DNA of 64,000 nt from a virus. The notes beneath the pieces were generated by a model. It was not told the origin of the DNA. It saw only the letters and a list, made by a program, of their open reading frames with translations, and did no database searches. Of the stretch, positions 57,896-64,000 are shown in pieces. The stretch lies in the IMG/VR virus record IMGVR_UViG_3300005337_000003, positions 1 to 64,000 of that record, one strand, 5' to 3'. The position numbers were made by a program, and so were the translations under genes. Every line of letters begins with the position of its first letter. The stretch's first letter is position 1.

Positions 57896-58441
57896 TTAAC
57901 AAAGTCTGCAGGTTATTTTGCTGAGCAATTCCCAGGCATAATTATACAGGGCTAATCCCGCCTTCACATCCCTTCCGGGATCTACTTTAGCCTGGGCAGC
58001 CTTTAATAGATTCTGTATCCACACCAGCTGGTCCAACCTTGACTGCTGGGAGGAGGAAGGCTCGCAGGTACCCAGATCCAGCTCACAGTACAGGTTGCGG
58101 ATCTTGTTAAGGGCCTTGGTAATCCGCAGGTAGTTGTATTCCACGTAGACCTGATCATTCGGTGATACACTATAGGTTATGACGTATACTTTATCCGGCA
58201 GTTCATTGAATTCCGTTCCGCAATTCACAGTCTGTACCTTCAGGTTGCAGGCGCTCAGGTTAAGTGCAAACCCGGGCTCTATGTCATCCACAAAAAAAGA
58301 ATTGGTAAATCCCGGAACTGTGATCTGAAGCCTGGCGCATTTTGTTGGTATCAAATCGTCATATATGGACATATCCACCACACGCAATACACATGTGTTC
58401 AGGGTATCCGGTATCTCTAAGCCTAATTTGTGTGATCCCAT
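57896..58441 (-). CDS. Conserved crAss-like structural-module protein
   Basis: CVLRVVDMS.Y, YSVSPND.VYVEYNYLR. Confidence 0.75.
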   Translation of the reverse strand: MGSHKLGLEIPDTLNTCVLRVVDMSIYDDLIPTKCARLQITVPGFTNSFFVDDIEPGFALNLSACNLKVQTVNCGTEFNELPDKVYVITYSVSPNDQVYVEYNYLRITKALNKIRNLYCELDLGTCEPSSSQQSRLDQLVWIQNLLKAAQAKVDPGRDVKAGLALYNYAWELLSKITCRLC

Positions 58442-58453
58442 TTCTCAGAAAAC

Positions 58454-58490
58454 AAAAAAGGGAGAGAAGGCGTAAGCCTACCTCCCCTTC
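58454..58490 (-). terminator. Intrinsic terminator
   Basis: GGGGAGGTAGGC-TTAC-GCCTTCTCTCCC hairpin followed by a T6 tract on the - strand. Confidence 0.7.
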
Positions 58491-58518
58491 TCGCGTGTTT
58501 AGTTGTGTGTTGTGTCTA

Positions 58519-59808
58519 TTAAGGTGTCATGGGGGTGCAGGCGCCGCAGGAGAATGTCTCCAGCGAGACCCCACTACCCGCGTTGCTCAGCCAGGTGGAA
58601 ATAAAAGTCTCCAAGGTTGAGTTAGCTGCTGTCGATATGATGTTCAGCGAGAACTGGTCATTCGAATAGGAATTCGTATTGTTATCCAGCCTGGGAACAT
58701 TGTGTGTCAATGAATACCGATAGTACTGAGTGGTACGACTGATTGCAGCCAGCACATCATCGCCTCCGATGATCTCACGAACACGCGGATCATTTACATA
58801 AGGCTGCTGACGGTAAAGCTCTGTTAAGATCTCCTCACGAAGAATAGTTTCGCCAAAACCGGTGCCTTCGCGGCCTTCACACTCTGTTTTCACACAGATG
58901 CCTGTAAAGGCACACTGATCACCAGTAAAGTCTATCATACCCACCAGAATATCTACAGGTACAATGTTGTAGTAATCGGTAGGCTCAAAAGAACAGTTGC
59001 CAAAAACAGTCTCAACGTAAGCACCCTGAATGCGCATACCGGCTGAAGCACCGATCGTGTGGCCGGGAGATACGTAATTATCCCAGGTATTTACGCTGGC
59101 CGTACCAGGAGGATATAAAGGCAGGCCTGCCTCACTGTATACGATAATACTAACAAATGGATTAAGTTCCACATCGTCAGTAATCTGCTGAGCCCAGTCA
59201 ATAAACGCCAGTGTACTGTCGATAGGCTGGCCCGGTGCATTATCCGCACAGCAGGGGGCTTTGAACGTATATAAGGCATAGGCGTCGCGGTTTAGATACC
59301 TACGAACAGGATCGTTACGCACTTCAAGGCGCATTGTGTAGGCCTCACCACAAGCGAACTCGAAGTTACATGCAGTATCGTAAGGGCTGGCTGCATGAGT
59401 ATAATTAGTCTTACCGAAGTGTACGGTTTTATTACGTGCAGTACAAGGGACATACTTCTGCCAGGAACTGACCAGTCTAGCATTGATCTCCTTGGATTTG
59501 TTAGTCTCCTTCAGACCACCGTAAAAGGGATTCAGTTGGTCTTTAAGCCTGAGAGAAGCAGCTGCAAGCACCAGATTTGGTGCACTAGAGCTGATGCTGG
59601 CGGTTGTTACTGATTTAAAGGTTTTGGCATCAAAGAAGCCATAGCTTCCAACTCCGTAAGTGGTTGATGCGGTGCCAGTGTTAATGTTAAGCACATCAGT
59701 GCCTAAACCTGCGGTTACCAAAAAACCCTGGACCTGGTTAGTGTTGGCCGTGGTCGCTTTGGTTCCGATGAAGGTGCGTGGATACGCGTCCCTGAAAAAT
59801 GTTCCCAT
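58519..59808 (-). CDS. Conserved crAss-like structural protein (possibly auxiliary capsid protein)
   Basis: Third conserved gene after the MCP; AC-rich leader and own terminator suggest high expression; assignment by synteny. Confidence 0.6.
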   Translation of the reverse strand: MGTFFRDAYPRTFIGTKATTANTNQVQGFLVTAGLGTDVLNINTGTASTTYGVGSYGFFDAKTFKSVTTASISSSAPNLVLAAASLRLKDQLNPFYGGLKETNKSKEINARLVSSWQKYVPCTARNKTVHFGKTNYTHAASPYDTACNFEFACGEAYTMRLEVRNDPVRRYLNRDAYALYTFKAPCCADNAPGQPIDSTLAFIDWAQQITDDVELNPFVSIIVYSEAGLPLYPPGTASVNTWDNYVSPGHTIGASAGMRIQGAYVETVFGNCSFEPTDYYNIVPVDILVGMIDFTGDQCAFTGICVKTECEGREGTGFGETILREEILTELYRQQPYVNDPRVREIIGGDDVLAAISRTTQYYRYSLTHNVPRLDNNTNSYSNDQFSLNIISTAANSTLETFISTWLSNAGSGVSLETFSCGACTPMTP

Positions 59809-59851
59809 GTTGTGTGTGTTGTGTGTTTATAAAATAAATAATTATAACAAA

Positions 59852-59869
59852 TTTACTAAAAAAGTAAAG
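59852..59869. promoter_or_regulatory. Second copy of the TTTAC-N7-GTAAAG element
   Basis: Intergenic, upstream of the 429-aa gene; reverse complement of 41398-41415. Confidence 0.5.
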
Positions 59870-59883
59870 CTTTTTGACTGCCG

Positions 59884-60597
59884 TTAGTTATTTTTTTCAA
59901 CATCAGTGCCCAATCTATTAACTTGTTGCCAATTCTCATCATCCCCTGCCAATACTTTGGCAGCTCCTGCGCAAAATAATTCAGCCAGGTCTTCCTTGAA
60001 TTCACACTCCACTTCCTCTCCGATAACCGGCGTGGTACCATCATACACATCCTGGATGCCCACACTACGAACACGGCGAGGTTGACGATAATAGATCAAG
60101 CTACATGAATCCACCAGGAACTCATCATGATAAATCTTCACGGTATTGCCAAAAATAACACCAAAGGTTTCCCCCCAGGCATAGTCTGGTCTGATATGAT
60201 CATCCCGCCTGTAGATATCAACATTAGATGCCTCGCCCAGGTAAACGATCATGGGCTTAGGGGTTTTGCAACACTCCTTTGTAACGTAAAGCTCAACACG
60301 CTTGTGTCGCAAATAATTGACAGGCCAATCAGTAACCAAACTCTCAAAATAAGGCCCTTTATCCACCATATTCAAGGATTGAGGGGTCAACAATATCTGC
60401 AAATCGTCAATACGGGAAGTGGAGGCTTCATCTCCTTCCCGGTATGCATTTCCGCCGTGGGAATTCTCCCGGCACCAGTCATACTGGTACTTGTTGAATG
60501 CCTCCAGGATCTGCCAGGGCTTGATGTTCTGGAAATCCTGGGAGTCTATCTTGTTGAGCCTCTCCTTGACCTTGATAAGTATAGTGTTGTTTTTCAT
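59884..60597 (-). CDS. Conserved crAss-like ring/head-tail protein
   Basis: VKERLNKIDSQD, SRIDDLQILL, WGETF, YYRQP; synteny. Confidence 0.7.
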   Translation of the reverse strand: MKNNTILIKVKERLNKIDSQDFQNIKPWQILEAFNKYQYDWCRENSHGGNAYREGDEASTSRIDDLQILLTPQSLNMVDKGPYFESLVTDWPVNYLRHKRVELYVTKECCKTPKPMIVYLGEASNVDIYRRDDHIRPDYAWGETFGVIFGNTVKIYHDEFLVDSCSLIYYRQPRRVRSVGIQDVYDGTTPVIGEEVECEFKEDLAELFCAGAAKVLAGDDENWQQVNRLGTDVEKNN

Positions 60598-60604
60598 GGC
60601 TATT

Positions 60605-60636
60605 AAAAAACCGCAGGGCTTTGATTGCGCTGCGGT
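60605..60636 (-). terminator. Intrinsic terminator
   Basis: ACCGCAG...CTGCGGT stem followed by TTTTT on the - strand. Confidence 0.7.
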
Positions 60637-60666
60637 CTATGGTTTGTTGTGAGCATTGTTATGGTG

Positions 60667-61668
60667 TCAGTTTTTCCAGGTTGACTCTACCTCCTTGCTT
60701 ATCGCATCGCAAACATCGGCATTTGTGGGATTGCCTAGGTATGCCCAGACATCCTCTATGGTTCGACCCAGCTTAGCATTGGTCTTGGAGTGATAGATGC
60801 AGCCATCGGCCTTTGTCACGATAAACTGCTGCAGGGCGGCGTCTGCCGTGATAGCCCGGATACGTAGGTCTGCATGTTTCTGCGCGGCCAGGGAATTGAA
60901 ATTAATAGAAGCCCGCTTGGCAGTTTCCGCCCCCAGGCCTTCGATATAATCGTCCAGGTACGCATAGATTACTTCCTGCGAGGTATTCTTGGTGTATTTT
61001 ACAGAGCTCTTATCCACACACTTAACGATGCAGAACAATTTGCCAGGATCTTTTTCTGAGAGCTCCTGCAATGATGCCTTGGCTTTGTTTTTAATGCGCT
61101 TAAGTTCATTGTGGCTCACGGTTGTGTCCTCGCCCAGATCCAGGTAGAATTTAGGTGGTTTTGCGGAAGCCATAGCTGTGTCATAAGAGGGAGATACACT
61201 GCTAAACCCCCCGGCACGGATCGCGCACAGGAGCAGTAACTTCTCAGGATCCGTTGGGTCCAGGAAAACAGGCTCATTAGATACCACCAGTTCCTTAGTA
61301 GACCAGAATTCATCATTTTCCGGACGGCATATCTTCACCTTAGCCCAAAAATCCTTATCGTCAGGATCGATCACGTTCGCCACAAGTGACTGCTCCAGGA
61401 ATGCGACATTCCTGCGAATCTCCGCAATAGCGGCATTCTTCTCCTTTTCAGGCAGGTTCTGCACGTCCGATGAGAATTCGTTAAGTCCTGTCACCCACCG
61501 CCTGATGCCATTTTTCTCCAGGCAGGCCAGGCGCTCGGTGTGCTCAGCCCCCTCGTGTATGGCGAAGCCATATTTGGCCAGGCCGTTGTTAACCTTGGGA
61601 TCCCTGTTAGGCACAAAGGGCAGTATCCTGGGGATGACTTTCCTGTTTGTTTTTGTTGCTGTTGTCAT
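60667..61668 (-). CDS. Conserved crAss-like protein encoded after the MCP
   Basis: TGLNEF, FWAKVKI, FLDPTDP, KPPKFYLD; synteny. Confidence 0.75.
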   Translation of the reverse strand: MTTATKTNRKVIPRILPFVPNRDPKVNNGLAKYGFAIHEGAEHTERLACLEKNGIRRWVTGLNEFSSDVQNLPEKEKNAAIAEIRRNVAFLEQSLVANVIDPDDKDFWAKVKICRPENDEFWSTKELVVSNEPVFLDPTDPEKLLLLCAIRAGGFSSVSPSYDTAMASAKPPKFYLDLGEDTTVSHNELKRIKNKAKASLQELSEKDPGKLFCIVKCVDKSSVKYTKNTSQEVIYAYLDDYIEGLGAETAKRASINFNSLAAQKHADLRIRAITADAALQQFIVTKADGCIYHSKTNAKLGRTIEDVWAYLGNPTNADVCDAISKEVESTWKN

Positions 61669-62503
61669 TGTTTTTAGTTGTTGGTTTTTTTAATATTTCC
61701 TGGTACTTATCGTATTTTCTGTCAAGGTATGTGGCAGCTCCCTCGTAAAGTATTCTCAAGCTTGAGACTGCCTTATGTGAGTGTATTTCACAATACCACA
61801 GGTGTTTAGATTTTTTACTTCTCAGTGCTGTGGTTTTCGTATCTACGCCGCATTTTCGGATAAATTCCAAAAATGATTTTACTGTGTTCTCGTGGCCACA
61901 TATTCCCACACCGTTTACTTTTTCTTGACAAATTACCCATCCGTCTCCATCAATTACTCCTCGCCAAAAGTCTCTTGAATTGATTAGAAGTTCGTGTGGT
62001 GTAATGTCGTAAGTTTTCCGGCTAGTAAACCCAAGTGACTTTAATACACTCCAAATTTTTGAAGAACTAAAAGTCACCCTGTAAGACGGATTGCCCATAT
62101 AACCATCCTGCGTTTTTTGAGGCTTGATATAAGTAGCATCAACAGTATTAAAGAACTTAGAGTACTTGGATAAATGAGCCTTATCTATTTCACTTAATGT
62201 TAAGGACATTCTGGGTCGATCTTTAGACACACTACCATCTGCATATAAAAAACCAATCCAGTATAAAGCGTCAGGTGTTAAAACATCTAGCGCATCATCG
62301 TTTAAAAACACTCCGCCAGATTTACCTTTCCTGATAGATTCAGATAGCGGTCTGAATATACCATGAACCTTAAATAGATTAGCAATTGTTTCCGGATCCA
62401 TCCGCAGAAGCTTGCAGAATTTTGGGATCGACATACCAGACTTGTAAAGAACGATAGCTCTTTTCACTCGGAAGTCTGTGATTAGCAGTTTTTTCTTTTT
62501 CAT
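61607..62503 (-). mobile_element. Free-standing double-motif LAGLIDADG homing endonuclease gene
   Basis: YWIGFLYADGSV and FWRGVIDGDGWV; ends YLDRKYDKY; lower GC than flanks. Confidence 0.9.
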
Positions 62504-62537
62504 ACTGCTAAACTACAAACTTTGAATTTTAAGAACC

Positions 62538-62569
62538 AAAAAATGGGCAAAAATAAATCGCCCATTTTT
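62538..62569 (-). terminator. Intrinsic terminator after the MCP
   Basis: AAAAATGGGC...GCCCATTTTTT inverted repeat. Confidence 0.75.
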
Positions 62570-62579
62570 CGTAAGTGCT

Positions 62580-64000
62580 TCAGAGTGAATTACCTGTGAC
62601 AGGATTACGCATAACCACCTTGAGTAATTTTGTAGCGTCGCGAACCCACAACATTGGGTACATCTGCTCCATAAAGCATGTCCAGCCGTTGGTACGGTCG
62701 CCCTGGAACCCGGAACGTTTACCGGTATAATCCATGCTGCCGTTCTTATACCACCACCTGAAGCCTGGATCCCACTTGAATTTCTTCAGGCGGATATTCT
62801 CCTTAGAGGTATCGATATCCTGGATGATGTAGCTGTATGAACTCAACGGATAACCATCCACGATCGGGTTCTCAATGGTGTTCATTTCCACCGGATCGAA
62901 TGCGGGGTTAATACGGAACCGTAGCACAGCGTAGTGTGGTATAATGATCTCCCGGAAGTAGTAACCAAAGCCCAGGTCCATGCCGGTACCTGACACAGTG
63001 TTAGTGCCGGACTTGTCAGCGTTGACGATCCAGCCCAGACCAGCCAATTCTTTAGAGATCAGGCTGTTCACCTGTTGTGAACCTGCAACACCTGTCCATA
63101 CCTCCAGGATCCTGGTAGGCATAGCGGGCTGTGTTGCTTCCTTGTTGGTGAAATATTTGTAGATCGCGGTGCGCAGCAGATCCAGGCTAAAATAACCACG
63201 GTTATAGATAAACTTGTAAGAGCTATCCAGCTGCTTCCACATACCTGTAGCCATGCGGGCATCGTCAGGGCCACTGCCTCTTACGGTACCGCCCTTACCC
63301 CATATACAATAGTTCTCAATGTCGAGAGCGATCTTGTTCATGTGAGCTGCCTCCATCTTGGTGAGAAATGTCATATTCAGAGTGCCATTCTCGCGGGCTT
63401 TCTTTACATAATCAGCACCCATGATAGTGGCCATGTCCTCAATACTTTTCACTGAAGGATCCACATTCTCCATATCGTTATGGCGCCAGATCTGTGTAAT
63501 ATTGATGCGGCCATCGCTGGTGATGCCATTGCGGGCAATCAAATCAGCCCGTGAACTTACACTGAACTCCACGTTAGCTGTTGCGGTAGGCAGTAAGTTG
63601 AAGAACTCGCGATATCCTGCCTGGATGGTAAGCTTTGAGAAATTCTGCTCGTATTCACCCTTGGCTGAACCGACACGGAAGTACTTGGTACCACCTGCCA
63701 GGTAGCGGTTGTCCAGGTATTGAACATCGTCGTTGTTGACCAACTGCACCCAATAAATGGCATTGTCGCCATTATTGATGATGTCGCGATCCGGCAGAAT
63801 ATAGAGCTCAAGGCCGGAATACTTGTCGTACGTAATGATATCGGTCTTGCCAAACTCAAGACGTGACAATTTGATCTGGAAGGGTTGACCATCAATGCCC
63901 TTAGTGGTGTTTGACGGATCAATGTCCTCCACAATAAATGGAAGATCGTACTGGGCTGGGATTTGCCAGGTGAATCTGCCGTCCAGGTTTTCTACATAAT
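62580..64000 (-). CDS. Major capsid protein (crAss-like), 5'-truncated by the window edge
   Basis: Frame stays open past the track GTG (63932) to the edge (...YVENLDGRFTWQIP...); GSAKGEY, IWGKGG, GMWKQL, RNPVTG C-terminus. Confidence 0.85.
   Translation of the reverse strand, partial: YVENLDGRFTWQIPAQYDLPFIVEDIDPSNTTKGIDGQPFQIKLSRLEFGKTDIITYDKYSGLELYILPDRDIINNGDNAIYWVQLVNNDDVQYLDNRYLAGGTKYFRVGSAKGEYEQNFSKLTIQAGYREFFNLLPTATANVEFSVSSRADLIARNGITSDGRINITQIWRHNDMENVDPSVKSIEDMATIMGADYVKKARENGTLNMTFLTKMEAAHMNKIALDIENYCIWGKGGTVRGSGPDDARMATGMWKQLDSSYKFIYNRGYFSLDLLRTAIYKYFTNKEATQPAMPTRILEVWTGVAGSQQVNSLISKELAGLGWIVNADKSGTNTVSGTGMDLGFGYYFREIIIPHYAVLRFRINPAFDPVEMNTIENPIVDGYPLSSYSYIIQDIDTSKENIRLKKFKWDPGFRWWYKNGSMDYTGKRSGFQGDRTNGWTCFMEQMYPMLWVRDATKLLKVVMRNPVTGNSL

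Noticed and set aside
58495-59830. GTGTGTT/ACACAAC short repeats at about 58500 and 59810
   Set aside because: Only 2-3 units; they read as AC-rich unstructured leader or trailer sequence, not a repeat array
1-64000. Stop-codon reassignment (TAG to Gln or TGA to Trp), known in some crAss-like lineages
   Set aside because: All long genes are intact in code 11, and both TAG (e.g. polA) and TGA (e.g. the 1118-aa gene) act as real stops with coupled downstream starts
1-64000. CRISPR array, DGR/reverse transcriptase, tRNA or rRNA genes
   Set aside because: No regularly spaced repeats, no RT motif and no cloverleaf-like sequence seen; intergenic gaps are mostly too short
61607-64000. Group I intron in the capsid gene carrying the LAGLIDADG
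   Set aside because: The MCP ends with a natural-looking C-terminus (RNPVTGNSL*) and a terminator; the flanks are too short for a ribozyme core
18241-64000. Many + strand ORFs of 60-163 aa (e.g. 26864..27352, 41470..41916, 48157..48648, 60127..60606) and off-frame - strand ORFs
   Set aside because: They lie wholly within long motif-supported genes and have no recognisable motifs; they are antisense or frame shadows

Overview
The window is a fragment of a crAss-like (Crassvirales-type) phage genome, probably infecting a Bacteroidota host, read in the standard genetic code. It has two convergent arms that meet at about 18235. The + arm (1-18230) holds replication, nucleotide-metabolism and accessory genes: family A DNA polymerase, RuvC-like resolvase, dNMP kinase, a degenerate UNG, a Prs-like/HAD/Nampt-like NAD cassette (NARP1-like), NADAR, DUF550, HNH, DUF1643, a GT25-like enzyme and many small ORFs. 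The - arm (64000 to 18241) is the virion module. It runs: major capsid protein (truncated by the window edge), a free-standing LAGLIDADG endonuclease, conserved crAss-like head/tail genes, a Cys-rich fibre cluster, an IHF-like gene, ring and muzzle proteins, and cargo proteins including a 3099-aa virion RNA polymerase (GGDFDYD) and a 2347-aa partner. Three observations stand out. (1) The three giant cargo proteins are almost Cys-free, yet carry Cys exactly at facing termini (...GCV*/MNC... and ...DCL*/MNC...), suggesting a head-to-tail linked ejection chain. (2) A J-domain (HPDKGG) is embedded in the virion RNAP. (3) A 756-aa cargo protein is built of modules punctuated by eight x-[KQR]-x-GG motifs. 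All family assignments come from motif recognition by eye; no database search was run.
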